Positions 1 through 13,579 of a DNA stretch of 64,000 nucleotides are shown piece after piece; the first letter of the stretch is position 1; each line of letters begins with the position of its first letter. Made by a program: the position numbers and the translations under genes. The DNA comes from Mobula hypostoma (taxonomy: Eukaryota): NCBI RefSeq assembly GCF_963921235.1, contig NC_086109.1, positions 37,698,001 to 37,762,000 of the forward strand, read 5' to 3'. Below the pieces are notes generated by a model that saw only the letters and a program-made list of their open reading frames with translations, was not told the DNA's origin and ran no database searches.

Positions 1-601
1 TATGTTTACTCTAGGCTTGTCTCCAACATGGAAGTATCTTCTGTCTCCCTGCCTTGTATAGGAGGGCATTCCCCTTCAATGCTTAAAGAAATCTTCATGT
101 GTAGGCTCTTAACAGCTCTTCATATGAAGTGAGGGTTTATAATTACCTATCAGGAAATGTTCCAAAAGAATTACCAAAGGAAATGATAAGCATATTGAAC
201 AGGATATGTGATAAGGTATTTACTCAGTTAAATAAAGTTCTTTTAACGGTTGGAATTCCAGCACCTGGCTGGTGCTATCTCCTTAATTTTCTTACGTAAA
301 AAACAACTCCCCTCTTTAATGAATGTTCAATAGACAATAGTGAAATAGTATTTGGTTTGGGCAACAGCAATCCTTATCAAACTGAAAAGCAGATGTATCA
401 ACCTGTTGTTTGTGTATCATTTAATGGTAGCTTGAAATGTAACTAAAATTAGAAAACATTAATAGACTGATGTTGGACACAATAGGGGATTTTAGTGTCC
501 ACAGAATAATTTTCCATTCCAACGACAGGAGTAATTTCTAGCAGATTGATCTAAAATTCCCACCACCAATTTTTTAAATAATTATTTAAAATTAATTATC
601 T

Positions 602-854
602 GGGTGACATAGCAGCATAGCAGTTAGGATAACGCTATTACAGCGCTTGTAACCCAGGTTCAGTTTCACTGCTGTTTGTGTGGATTTTGTACATTCTCCC
701 TGTGACTGCATGGGTTTCCTCCACGTGCTCCAGTTTCATCCCATGCTCCAGCGATGTATGGGTAAGTTGGTTAATTTGTCACAAGGGGGTATTTGAGTGG
801 TGGTAGCTTGTTAGGCCCGAAGGCTCTGTTACTGTGCTGTATATCTAAATAAAA
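602..854 (+). mobile_element. tRNA-derived V-SINE (HE1-like) with CR1-type 3' tail
   Basis: A/B-box-like head (tagcatagcagttag...ggttcagtt), V-domain (ttctccctgtgactgcatgggtttcctcc...gctccagtttcatccca), tail ggcccgaaggctctgttactgtgctgtat. Confidence 0.75.
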
Positions 855-1041
855 TTTCTCAAAATTAATATAAATGTATCAAGGAAAACTGGAAATCCTT
901 CATCTATGATGCCTCAAGTTCTAAAATTACAACAAATAATTTGCAAAAATCAAAAGTCAGTCAAAGCTGACCAAGTTGAATTCATGGCTGGTATTGAATA
1001 GATACACTACAGTGCCTTTCTATCATTGTGACGTATTTACT

Positions 1042-1042
<1 letters not shown>

Positions 1043-1131
<89 letters not shown>

Positions 1132-1151
1132 GTGTGTGTGTGTGTGTGTGT

Positions 1152-1191
<40 letters not shown>

Positions 1192-1273
1192 GTGTGTGTG
1201 TGTGTGTATGGTGTGTGTGTGCGTGTGTGTGTGTGTGTGTGTATGGTGTGTGTGTGTGTGTGTGTGTGTGTAT

Positions 1274-1354
<81 letters not shown>

Positions 1355-1368
1355 GTGTGTGTGTGTAT

Positions 1369-1400
<32 letters not shown>
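1043..1400. repeat. (TG)n microsatellite with recurrent TATGG interruptions
   Basis: Read directly: about 360 bp of TG repeats punctuated by gtatgg. Confidence 0.98.
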
Positions 1401-1402
<2 letters not shown>

Positions 1403-2795
1403 GTACTGCACCTCTGGTAGTCACTGGTTTGTCGAGCAGCGTTGACTGTGGCTATTGAAGCCCATCCTGGAACGGCAGGCTCTGCCACGGTTGCTGCAAG
1501 TGTAGGGCATCGTGGAACTGTTGCCCGCTGTCCGCTGTACTCTCCGCTCCTCAAACTGACTCAGGATCACTCTTTCGCTTTGCTGTAGGTGTTGCTGAAG
1601 AGTACCTCGCCATTTGTTGCGGTCATCTGCTGTATCCTCCCAGCACCCTGTGTTGATTTTTAAGGCTTTCATGTTGCGCTTGCAGAGGTCCTTGAAGCGA
1701 AGCTGGGTCTACCAACGTTCCTCTTGCCTGTTGCTAGATCTCTGTAGAGGATGTCCTTTGGCAGTCTACCATCCTTCATACGACGGACGTGGCCCAGCCA
1801 GCGCAGTCTGCGTTGTCTTAAAAGTGTGAACGTTGTGGGAAGTCCAGCGTGGGAGAGGACCTCAGAGTTTGGGACTTTGTCTCTCCAGTTGATGCCAAGG
1901 ATGCAGCGAAGGCTGCGCAGGTGAAAACTATTGAGTTTCCTCTCCTGCTTGGAGTAGATGGTCCAAGTCTTGCTACCATACAGGAGGGTGCTGATAACGC
2001 ATGCATTGTACACAGCAGTCTTGGTCTTTGTAGCAAGTTTCGGATTCTCCCAGACCTGTGAGGAGAGTCGAGCAAGGATCGATGTTGCTTTGCCAATATG
2101 CCTATTGATTTCAGCATCGAGGGAGAGTGTCGCTAATGGTTGGCCCCAAGTATTTGAACTCGTGAACCACTTCTAAATCATAATTGTCGATGGTAATGAC
2201 TGGTGTCTCCACTACATTCTGGGTAAGGACATTTGTTTTCTTTAGGCTGATGGTAAGTCTGAAGTCCTTGCATGCCTTAACGAAGCGGTCCATGAGAGTT
2301 TGTAGTTTCTATTTGGTGTGCAAGGTTATAGCAGCATCATCGGCAAAGAGCATGTCATGTATTAAGATCTTTCACACATTTGTTCTTGCTCTCAGGCGCG
2401 CAGGGTAGAACAGCCGCCCATCAGACTTGGTGTGCATGTAGGTGCCTTCTGTCGACATTCCAAACGTGTGCTTCAATAGCAGAGAGAAGAAGATGCCACA
2501 TAATGTTGGGGCCAACATGCATTCTTGTTTGACTCCACTACGAATAGTGAAGGGTTCTGATGAGCTGCCATTGTACAGAATAGCAGCCCTCATGTCGTTA
2601 TGGAATGACTTGATGATACTTTGGAGTTTCGGGGGACAGCTGAACTTGCTGAGAATCTGAAAGAGCTCATCCCTGCCGACAAGGTCGAATGCCTTGGTCA
2701 AGTTGATGAAAGCAACATAGAGGGGTTTCTGTTGTTCCCTGCACTTCTCCTGGAGTTGACGGAGTGAGAAAATCATGTCAGAACTGTCGACATGC
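1401..2795 (-). mobile_element. RTE-clade LINE, 5'-truncated and frameshifted
   Basis: ORF pieces LRQLQEKCREQQKPLYVAFINLTKAFD, GVKQECMLAP, LFADD (catcatcggcaaa on +), LRWLGHVRRM..RLPKDILY, and C-terminal CRSRMGFNSHSQRC typical of RTE ORFs. Confidence 0.88.
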
Positions 2796-2977
2796 TTTTT
2801 TTACTGGTGTATTCATCTAATAAAATTAGACCAGGTAGAATCTGATATTTACTTTTCAAAATAGTTCAAACCTGTCTTTTCATGTTTGAAACGGCAATCT
2901 ATAAACCATTACATGGTACAATAATAATAGAATAAATATGACATAAAAATTTGTTAAAAAAAACCTAAAACTTATAG

Positions 2978-3455
2978 CAGAATCAGAATCAGAATCAGGT
3001 TTATTATCACCGGCATGTGATGTGAAATTTGTTAACTTAGCAGCAGCAGTTCAATGCAACGCATAATATAGAAAGAAATTAAAAAATACATTTTATTCAG
3101 TATACTTTATATAGTATACATATATTGAATAAATTAAAAATTGTGCAAAAACAGAAATACTATATATCAAAAAGAAAGTGGGGTAGTGTCCAAGGATTTA
3201 ATGTGCATTTAGGAACTGGAAGGCAGAGGGGAAGAAGCTGTTCCTGAATCGCTGAGTGTGTGCCTTCAGGCTTCTGTACCTCCTACCTGATGGTAACAGT
3301 GAGAAAAGGGCATGCCCTGGGTGCTGGAGGTCCTTAATAATGGACGCTGCCTTTCTGAGACACTACTCCCTGAAGGTGTCCTGGGTACTTCGTAGGCTAG
3401 TATCCAAGATGGAGCTGACTAATTATACAACCCTCTGCAACTTCTTTTGGTCCCT
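2978..3455 (-). mobile_element. Rex1/Babar-like LINE 3' fragment with (GATTCT)n tail
   Basis: (agaatc)3 tail on +; encodes the ...PSGRRYRSLK...RFRNSFFP C-terminus; near reverse complement of 11866-12356. Confidence 0.75.
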
Positions 3456-3535
3456 TCGGTCCAAAAGCTGAAAGCATTGAAAACAGAAAACACCAGAAGC
3501 ACTCAGTACGTCAGGCAGCAACTGTGGAACAGATT

Positions 3536-5210
3536 CAAGATTGTCTGTTGTCAATCCTCAGTACACAAGTGCAAAGGAGAACAAAATGATTGTTACTCCA
3601 GATCCAGTGCAACATAAATGTACACAATAAGTATAAAGGACACAAAAAATACTGTAAACATAAAAACAATCCTATAAAATGCAATGTACAAGTGACTGTT
3701 TGAGTGTGGCCGTGAATAGTGTACATAAGATTAGCTTATATAATTATATAATGTACATAGACAGATTGTATGTAAATAAAGTGACACTGCATGCAGGATT
3801 ATCTGTACATAAGGTGACTCTGACAGGAAATGATAAGTGACAAAGTTAGTCTTGGCAAGGCAAACTCTTCTAGGCAGCAGGAGGACATATGACTGTGTCG
3901 GTGCAGGTATGGAGTGTGGAGTGTAGGCATTACGTTGCAGTGCATGGGGGGGAGCAAAGGGTGCTGAGGGGTTGTGGAGAGGGGTCACTGATAAGGATGT
4001 AGTGGTGGTGGGGGGTGATGGGGTGGATTAGTGAGTGACGGTATTGATCAGCCTGATGGTTTTGAGTCCTGATGAAGGCTCTTGTCTCAAAACATTGACT
4101 GCACTCTTTTCCATAGGTGCTGCCCGGCCTGCTGAGTTCCTCCAGCATTTTGTGTGTGTTGCTTGGATTTCCAGCATCTGCAGATTGCCTCCCCTTTGCG
4201 CTGGGGGAAAGTAGGTGATTTTGAGTCTGGTGGTCCTGATGTTGTTGCTGCTTAACCTCTTCCCTGATGGGAGTGGGAAAAACAGTTCATGAACAGGTTG
4301 GATGGGATCCTTCATGATGCTGCTGGCCTTTTCCTGCTGCCATCTTTCTGTATATACATCCTTGACGGTGGGTAGGCTGTGCTGGTGATGGTTTGGGCAG
4401 TTTTAACTACCTGTTGTCGAGCCCACTGGTCTGCCGCAGTGCAGTTTCCATCCCACATGGCGATGCAGCTTGTTACATGCTCTCAAATGGCATCTGTAGA
4501 AGGTCGTGATGGTTAATGTGCACAGTCCAGCTCGCTTTAGCCTGCTCAGAAAGCAGAGGCATTAGTGAGCTTTCTAGTCTACGGATGATGTGTTCTGGAG
4601 CCATGAAAGCTTGTAGGAGATTTACACTCCCAGGAGGTTGAAACTGCTTGCAGCTCCATTGCTTTACCACCAATGTACAGAGGGGCATGCACGGTGTGCA
4701 TTTCCCTGAAATTGATAACCAACCCCTTTGTCTTGCTGACATTGAGGAAGAGGTTATTTGCCTTGCACCCGGCTTCAAGTTCTTCCACTTCCTTTCTGTA
4801 GGCCACCTCATTGTTGTTGGTGATGAGCCCCACCACTGTTGTGTCGTCAGCGAACTTGATAATGCGATTGCATAGATTTTTGGCTATGCAGTCATGTGTG
4901 AGCCTTGGGACACCTGTGTTGAGGATAACGGGAAAAGAGGAGCCATTGTGCATCCTGACTGGGGTCTGTTGGTTAGAAAATCCAAAACCCAGTACTTAGA
5001 CCAAGGAGTGGGAGTTGGTGGTTCTGTCGGTAAGCATATTGGTGAGTGTCCATTGTGGCAGGGATGCAGTTTTCGACGAGTGCCATTACCAGCCATTACC
5101 AGCACATCATGATGATTGCCATTAGTGCCACCAGGTGGTAATCGTTTAGTTCTGAAGCTGCAGAGTACACGGATAATGGTGTCCGATTGGAAGCATGTGG
5201 GAACCTAGAG
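3536..5210 (-). mobile_element. Rex1/Babar-like LINE, decayed RT and 3' end, interrupted by a Penelope pLTR fragment
   Basis: WVLDFLTNRPQ, IIKFADDTTVVGLITNNNEVAYRKEV, LNVSKTK, PLPSGKRL. Confidence 0.8.
4065..4197 (+). mobile_element. Penelope-like pLTR fragment with decayed hammerhead motif
   Basis: agtcCTGATGAaggctcttgtctcaaaacattgact followed by gctgcccggcctgctgagttcctccagcattttgtgtgtgttgc, the same pLTR end seen at 49091-49186. Confidence 0.75.
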
Positions 5211-6819
5211 TAAGTGTTTTAGGTTGAGGACCCTTCATCAGGACTAGAAAAGAGGGAATATAAGTTAAACTTGTGGATGGCAAAACTGTATGTATTTTAA
5301 GCTAAAGAAAGTTATTTTCTACAATGGTTCCAAAGTGAGTGTGTTTACATCTTATACGCCTTATAACTTAGACACTGCCCTCTATAGACCTTCCATACTG
5401 CGAGGAAGTTTCCATGCTGGGTTTCTCCTTCCTGTGTTTTGATGGATTTTGCTGAAAAGTCTCTCCATCAGATGAAAATTGCTTGATTCTTAAGAGTCAC
5501 ATTATAGTGAAGGTTCAGAACCCCATTATTATCTTTGGTTACAAAATTTTCCTTGGATATTTGATAAAAAAATAACTTGCAGGCCAGGAAGATTTAGAAA
5601 AAAATTGACTGTTAACCTTCTGCCAAGTATGGCAAGATTTATCTGCAGACTGTTTTGATAAGCACTATATTGAGTAAAAATTTCAGTAAAAGCATTTATT
5701 TGTTGTGAGTAAATTTGCAGAGACTTATAAAAGTGAGCATAATGTAATCTCTACCTTGGTTCAATGCATTCATTGATTTTTTTTATTTCTCTGTCTTAAA
5801 TTTTGTTCATTCACTTATTTGTCATAATCATAAAAACATCAAAGCTCTACTTTAAAAATAAGTGCTCAACCACTTTTTTTTATCTTTTAGAGTTGGTTGC
5901 AATATTTATCTTAGATAGACTCCTGTACACAATAGACAATGGATGCTTTTAATAATGTATTGCAGTGCTTGCCAAATTTACTATTAGTACTGCAAGCTTA
6001 TTACAACAGAGGTGAGTCATATTTGAGAATTGTGCCAGTTCCTATGAATTCCTTTTAAGTGAGATTTAGCCACTCTAATTGTATGAAGAGTAAGATTTGT
6101 ATATGAATGTACACAGTCTCTTCCAAAAATTGCATGATTTCATTAAAGCTATGGTGAACTTCAGGGTAATTTAACAAAAAGAAATGTAACTACATGAAAG
6201 ACAAAATAACTCATGAATTGACATTAAGAGTAATTTATTTTTACCAGGAGAAAGTAATTTAAGAAAGGACAGATGATCAAGCATTATCCCTGATGAAGAT
6301 GGTAGAGTTTGTCATCAAAACATCAGTTATAATAGATAACAGTACCCGGCTGGAAGCCCTAGAAGAGTTTATTTGTAGCTTATACATTGTCCCAATAGTG
6401 ATATCTACAACTGGTATCATTCCAAAGACACTACACAACAGCATTAAATAATTACACCTGCACAACCATATTTATGTAAATCTCAGGAAGTCATGGTACT
6501 AAACACCACTGGAATAGTCTGAAAGTTCCTAGCAATTGAGAAATGAGTGTGCATAGTTATGCCTGTACCTCATTATCTACCAGCTTGAGCTGAGAAAAAA
6601 AATATAAACATTAAATATAAAAAAGGTGCAATAGAGCTGGGAGAATATAAAACAGAGTAGCAGGATACAACACAACTGATGGATGGATATGAAACATTTA
6701 AGTATTTGTGATATCAACAAGCAAAGAAAATATTGCATATTCCAAGAAAGGGAAATATTTGACAGAATTTACCACAAGGCTTAAGAAAATCTGCCAACCA
6801 GGGCTCAATTGTAAAAATA

Positions 6820-7240
6820 TAAAAAAGGCAAGTGAAGTTAACTGAAGTTATCCACTTTAGTTCAAGAGCCTGATGGTTGAGAGGTGGAAACTGTTCCTGA
6901 ATTAGGTGGTGTGAGTCCTGAGGCTCCTGTACCTTCTTCCTGATGGCAACATTGAGAAGAGAACATGACCTGGCTGGTGGAGGTCCTGGACGATGGATGC
7001 TGCTTTCCTGCAACAACACTCTGTGTAGATGTGCGCAATGGTGGGGAGGGCTTTACCCATGATGAACCGGGCCACATCCTCTTAGTTCTGTGTACGATTT
7101 TCCATTGAAGCGCATCGGTGTTTCCATACCAGGCTGTGATGCAGCCAGCCAATATCTCTCCCCCACACAACTATGGAAGTTTGTCAAAATTTTAGATGTC
7201 ATGCCAAATGTTCACAAGGAAGTATAGGCGCTTCTGAGCA
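6820..7240 (-). mobile_element. Rex1/Babar-like LINE 3' fragment
   Basis: ILAGCITAWYGN and PSGRRYRSL-type motifs in shifted frames. Confidence 0.7.
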
Positions 7241-7876
7241 ATTACAAATGCAAATGAATACTGTGAAATCATCAGAAAATGTTTCCACTTCTAGCAATAT
7301 AACTGCAGGAACGTTAGTCAATGCAGCAGGAACCAAGTGTTCTGTGAGAGGCTCTCAATTGGGGCCCCACTGTTTTGCATTATGGACAATCTGGCACATC
7401 TTCTCCATGATCGATTGAATAAGTAAAGAAACACCTTTTCAAACAGACTCGTTCAGCTCCACTGTCACAAGGATTGTTACAGAAAATCTTTCTTACCAAA
7501 TGCAATAAGCATATACAACAGTTCATCTCTGTGCAACAGGTAAACATGCGACATAGTACAATACTTTCAGTTTTATCATTTTATACATTATTATTGCTGA
7601 TTGGTTCATTATTTTTATATTATTATTTTTACACTATTATTATCCTGTATTTATTATAAGTTAAGTCTGCACACTGCTAAGTGTGTTTCTAAATGTTGCT
7701 GCTTTAACAAAAGAATTTCCCACTTGGGATCAATAAAGTATTATTATTATAATTAAATTGTCCTATGATTAGATTAGGGTTAATCTGGGGTGTTAGGGGT
7801 TGCGGGGTATGGCTCAAAGGGCCAAAAGGACCTACTCTACACTGTATCATGAAATATAAAAAATAATATTTAAATA

Positions 7877-7990
7877 TGTCCTGATGATGGGATTCAGCCC
7901 AAAACGTTGGCTGTTTACTTTTTTCCATAGATGCTGCCTGGCCTGCTTTGGGTGCTGCAGGGATTCCCGGCATCTGCAGGTTTCTTTGTG
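7877..7990 (+). mobile_element. Penelope-like pLTR fragment with decayed hammerhead motif
   Basis: tgtcCTGATGAtgggattcagcccaaaacgttggctg...tccatagatgctgcctggcctgct. Confidence 0.7.
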
Positions 7991-9081
7991 ATTGTGATTT
8001 AAATATGGACAATTATTGTGCACTAAAATCCTTTCTCTTCCCTCAAGAAGACAGCTACTTTTCCTTAGCCAATATTTATCTCCAAGGACAAAGGGAAAGA
8101 TGCCTACTTTTATCTGTGTGGGTATTTTTCAGATACGTTGAGAAGAACTCACCTATCTTGATGATCACTAAATATTTAGGGTAGTTGCTATTTATCTGAA
8201 ATATTAGTATAATTTTTCATTTTCCCATAAAAAACTTACACATTTAAAACATGCAATGTTTTCAGCTATAGTTGGAAAAACATCCAGATATTTGCATTCT
8301 TTAGATCCGCACAAAAATATGGGAACACATTAAAAAAGAGGGTGGGTTATTACCTGCTTCTTTTTGCTGCTGAAATTGAGTTGCCAAATCCTATGCCAAA
8401 TCTAGGATGCAAAATCAATTGATCTTCTTTGTGAATTTATCTTTGGACTGAAAAGGGCAAGGGATCTAAAAATCATATAAGGAGCCCAGTTAAAACATTG
8501 TTAGGAAACTGAGGGATGTTCCGATGTCTATCATTTGATTTAACAAGTGGGCCAAGACTGATGAGTAATTACTTTATTTATTTGATGTATGGAAAAATGG
8601 CTTAGATCACTCAAGGGCAAAATGTTTGCTTTGATAAAATACATTGATTTCCTAACTGTGTGAAAATCTGTTTCTGAATAAAGGGAAAATTGTTTGACTA
8701 CATTCACAGCAGTTAACGATTCATACACAAGTTGATACTGGAAATGTGAAAGCACATTGAATTATGTATTAGTAATTTAGTGAAAAGCTGCGTGGGCTTA
8801 CGGGAAGGGAGGCTGGCCACATCCTGCACTCATCACATCTGGAACCCTGCACTTTTGTCTGAGTTTCACAGAATCAGTCCCAACCAAGTTATACTGACAG
8901 TGTGCCTTTCAGTGAGAGTTACTTCTGGCATCCTGAGTGTGGCCTCTGTCATTCAATCTCAAAAGGGATATTTAGATAGATTAGACGTTTTGGAAGAATC
9001 TGACTAAGTAATGGAAATTGATTAAGTGTGGAGACTCAACAACATTGTTTACATATTCCTGAAAAAAAGTCGTCTGATACC

Positions 9082-9258
9082 ACAGTCAAAGTCTCTTAGG
9101 TCTCATTTCTTCCCCCATTCTGATGTTTGGTCTGAACAACAACTGAACCTCTTGACCATGACTTCATGCTTTTATTCATTGTTACTGCCACATGATTGGC
9201 TGATTAGATATTTGCATTAACAAGCAGGTGTACAGGTGTACCCAACAAAGTGACCAGT
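9082..9258. mobile_element. Partial copy (one end) of the Tc1-derived MITE at 16110-16620
   Basis: Shares ggtctgaacaac...cctcttgaccatg...gattggctgattagatatttgcattaa...caggtgtacc with 16460-16620. Confidence 0.8.
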
Positions 9259-9464
9259 TTGTATAGTCACTATAGTCAGTGCTTTCCTCAATCTCCCAAT
9301 TTCATTCATATTTATTCTTGATAGAAATTGTACCATGGGCAATATTTAAGGAATGGAGAATTAGAAGAACTGGAGGATATAAAATCACATCCAATAAAGA
9401 ATTTCATGGCTTAAATGCCATTCTTATAATTCTTAACATACACTTTTAAAAAATTTTGGATATA

Positions 9465-9614
9465 TAGCACACAACATGCCCTTCTGGTGCCACAAGCAAC
9501 ACTGCCCAGCAACACTCCTGTTTAAACCTAACCTAATCACAAGAGAATTTACAATAACCAATCATCCTACCAGCTGGTATATCTATCTATCTATAACCAT
9601 CAATCTATCCATCC

Positions 9615-9669
<55 letters not shown>

Positions 9670-9850
9670 CATCTACTATCTATATCTTTGTACTGTTGGA
9701 GGAAACTGGAGCAGATGAAGGGATCCCATACGGTTCATGGTGAGAACGTACAAACTTCTTACTAGCGGCATTGGAATTGAACTCCAAACTCTGGATCACC
9801 CAGAGCTGTAATAGCTCTGTAGCTAACTGCTACATTACCATGGTACCTCA
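9465..9850 (-). mobile_element. V-SINE-like element containing a (TATC)n microsatellite at ~9580-9685
   Basis: Reverse V-domain (ggaggaaactggagca...gagaacgtacaaact), tRNA-like head near 9775-9845, CR1-type tail near 9465-9500. Confidence 0.65.
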
Positions 9851-9967
9851 GTGTTATCCGTTCTGTTCACTGCCTGTTCATAAAGAGGTTACAATGTCCA
9901 TAAAGCTTGTTTCTCTTTAACTTAAAGAGGTCCTAAACCACCTAAGGAAACGAAACACCAGGTAGCT

Positions 9968-12900
9968 CAGAATTAGGTTATGCATCACTGGCATATGTCA
10001 TGAAATTTGTTGTTTTGCAGCAGCAGTACAATGCAGAGTATAATCATAAAAGACCTATATAATAAGTATGTGTAAAAATTATACTAAATAAGCAGTGCAA
10101 ATAAGAGCAAACAAGTAGTGAGATAGTGTTTATGGATTCATTGTCCATTCAGAAATCTGATGGGGGCTGGGAAGAAACTATTCTTAAAACACCAAGTGTG
10201 TGCCTTCAGGCTCTAGCTCCTGTTCCTCCTCCTTGATGGTAGCGTTGATGGGGGTCCTTAGCGGTGGATGCTGCCTTTTTGAGGCATTGGCTTTTGAAGG
10301 AGTCCTGGATGCTGGAGAGGCTAGTGACCATGACAGAGCTGGCTGAGGTTGCCAGTTTCTGCAGCTTTTTCTGATCCTGTGCAGTGGCCCTTTCATTCTG
10401 GACGGTGGTGCAACAAGTTTGAATGCTCTCCATGCTACACCTGTAGAAATTTGCAAGGATCTTTGGTGACATACCAAGTCTCAAACTCCTAATGAAATAT
10501 AGGTGCTGTCTTGCCTTCTTAGTTATTTCATCAATATGTTGGGCCCAAGGTAGATCTTCAGGGATGATGACACCTAGGAACTTGAAACTGCCAATCCCTC
10601 GATGAGACTTGTGTGTTCCCTCAACTTCCCCTTCCTTTAGCTTATTTTAGCTTAAAGTTCACCATCAATTCCTTGGTCTTACTGATATTCAGTGCAAAGT
10701 TGTTATTGTGATACCCCTACTGGTATGATTGTCACCCTTTTAAAGCAGGTTGGAATCTCTGACTGCAGGAGTGAGAGACTGAAGATGTCCATGAACACGC
10801 CCACCAATTGGTTCGTACAGGTTTTCAGTGCCCAGCCAGGTACACCATCAGGGCCTGATGCCTTGCAAGGGTTCACCCTCATGAAAGATGATCTGACGTT
10901 CCCCTCCAAGACAGAGATCACAGGGTCACCAGATGCTGCAGGGATTCACACAGGTGTACTTTTACTCTCCCTTCTGAAGCATGCATAAAAAGTGATGAGC
11001 ACATCTGGGAGTGATGCATCACAGACATCCATGATGTTAGTTTCTTTTAGGAAGTAATAGCCTGCAAACCCTGCCAGAGCTGATCTAAGTCCAATCCCAT
11101 ATCTAATTTGAATGGAAATTGTTTTATTGCTCTTAAAATAGTCTGCCGTAGGCTGCACCTGGACTTCTACAGCTACAGCTGTGAATCTCCCTGCTGCACC
11201 TGATGATCCTGTGATCTCTGTCTCAGAGGCTGATGTTAGGCTGTCTTTAAAGAGAGTGAACCCTCGCAAGGCTAGACTGAAATCCTGCCTCATCAAGGAC
11301 CTGGACCCATTGCAGTTTTCCTATTGCCACAATAGGTCAACGGCAGAAGCAAACTCAATGGCTCTCCGCACGGCTTTAGACCACCTGGACAACACAAACA
11401 CCTATTTCAGGATGCTGTTCATCGACTATAGCTCAGCATTTAATACCATCATTCCCACAATCCTGATTGAGAAGTTGCAGAACCTGGGCCTCTGTATCTC
11501 CCTCTGTAATTGGATCCTTGACTTCCTAACCAGAAGACCACAATCTGTGTGGATTGGTCATAACATCTCCTCTTCGCTGATGATCAACTCTGGAGCACCT
11601 CAGGGGTGTGTGCTTAGCCCACTGCTCTACTCTCTGTATACACATGACTGTGTGGCTAGGCATAGTTCAAATACCACCTATAGATTCTGTCCTTCTTATA
11701 GTTATAAAGAAGGCAAGACAGTGGCTATACTTTATTAGAAGTTTGAAGAGATTTGGCATGTCAACAAATACACTCAAAAACTCCTATCGATGTACTGTGG
11801 AGAGCATTCTGACAGGCTGCATCACTGTCTGGTATCAGTGGGGGGGTGGGGGCTACTGCACAGGACCGAAAGAAGCTGCAGAGGGTTATAAATCTAGTCA
11901 GCTCCATCTTGGGTACTTGCCTACAAAGTACCCAGGACATCTTCAGGGAGTGGTGTCTCAGAAAGGCAGCATCCATTATTAAGGACCTCTAGCACCTAGG
12001 GCATGCCCTTTTCTCACTGTCACCATCAGGTAGGAGGTACAGAAGCCTGAAGGCACACACTCAGCGATTCAGGAACAGCTTCTTCCCCTCTGCCATCCGA
12101 TTTCTAAATGGACATTAAACCCTTGGACACTACCTTACTGTTTTACTGTACAGTATTTCTGTTTTTTTGCCCGTTTTTTTAATCTATTCAATATACGTAT
12201 ACAGTACTGTAATTGATATACTTATTTATTATCATCATTATTATTTTTTATTTTATTTTTTCTCTCTCTTCTATATTATATATTGTATTGAACTGCTGCT
12301 GCTAAGTTGACAAATTTCATGTCACATACCAGTGATAATATACCTGATTCTCATTCTTGTATAGTTCTGCATCATCGGTCTTGAATACCACGGTTCTAGC
12401 CCTCAGCAGTCCACATATTTTCTGGTTCATCTATAGCTTTTGGCTTGGGTATATCCAGTATGTTCTCAAAGACACACACTGATCCATACAGGTGTTGGTG
12501 AAGTTGGTGACAACTGTGACATATTCATATAGATTTGTAGATGAATCACTGAACATTGCACTGTCTACCAACTCAAAGCAGTCCTGGAAACAATCCTCCA
12601 CCTTCCTAGACCATCCCTTCTTGGTCCACACCAATGGTCCTGCAGTTTTTATTCTCTGCCTATACACTGGGAGTAGAAGCACAGCCAGATAATCGGACCT
12701 TCCAAAATGTGGGCATGGTTTGGCATGGTAAGCATTCCTGATGGTGGTATATAAGTGGGCAAGTGTGTTGGCTCCTCTGATTCCACAGATTATATGTTGG
12801 TGGTGATTGTTCAGAGACTTCTCCAAGCTGGCCTGGTTGAAATCCTCCACAACGATAGGGAAGGCATCTGGGTATGCATTTTTGTGACTGCTGATCATGG

Positions 12901-13579
12901 AGTTCAACCTCGTCAGTACCAGGCTAATGTTGGCCTGAGGCGGAATGTACACTGCTACCAAGATGATGGTGAAAAACTCCCCTGGCAGCTAAAATGGACG
13001 AACTTGATCACTGGATATTCGAGATCTGGTGAGAAGGACTGCGAGAGAATATGCTCGACTGTGCCTTATGACGAATTAATCATAAAGCTTACTCCACCTC
13101 CTCTACCTTTATGAGACTGAGCTGTCCTGTCTTTGCGGAGAACAGTGAAACTCTGCAGCTGCAGCGCTGCACCCAAAGGGCGGAGAAGAGCCATGATTCC
13201 ATGAAGCAATGTACGCAGCAGTAACTGATGACCCTCTGGTACAGCAATATTGCTCTGAAGTCTTCAATTTTATTTTCCAGAGTCTACACATTTGCCAGCA
13301 GGATAGTTGGGAGTGAGGGTCTAAAGCCCCTGCATTTCAATTGTACCTGCAAACAGGCCCGGCTTCCATGCTTCTGTTTTCTTAAAGGAGACCTGTGCTC
13401 ACAACATAAGTCTGCCATCCGGTATCAGCTGATCTTCCTAGATTTGAGAATTAATAGATCTTTTTAAATATCTTAAAATGATGTTGCTTTCTGAAGTATT
13501 TATGTTTTTTCAAAAACGGGAAAATTTGAAGATTCCCATCGGAGCTGCATGCAGACTTGCTACTTATTGGCGCCATTTT
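9968..13579 (-). mobile_element. Rex1/Babar-like LINE retaining both ends but internally deleted; APE endonuclease and RT remnants; hosts a nested opposite-strand copy
   Basis: 5' end aaaatggcgcc (13569-13579 on -); EN motifs VAVYIPPQAN, DFNQASL, GRSDY; RT start RVNPCKASGPDGVPG..QLVGVFMDIFSLSL; 3' tail near 9968. Confidence 0.8.
11170..12357 (+). mobile_element. Nested Rex1/Babar-like LINE with internal deletions
   Basis: [54 protein letters not shown]; tail gtgataatatacctgattctcattct. Confidence 0.85.

Noticed and set aside
976..1554. Six ORFs of VC/HT dipeptide repeats
   Set aside because: Translation artefacts of the (TG)n microsatellite.
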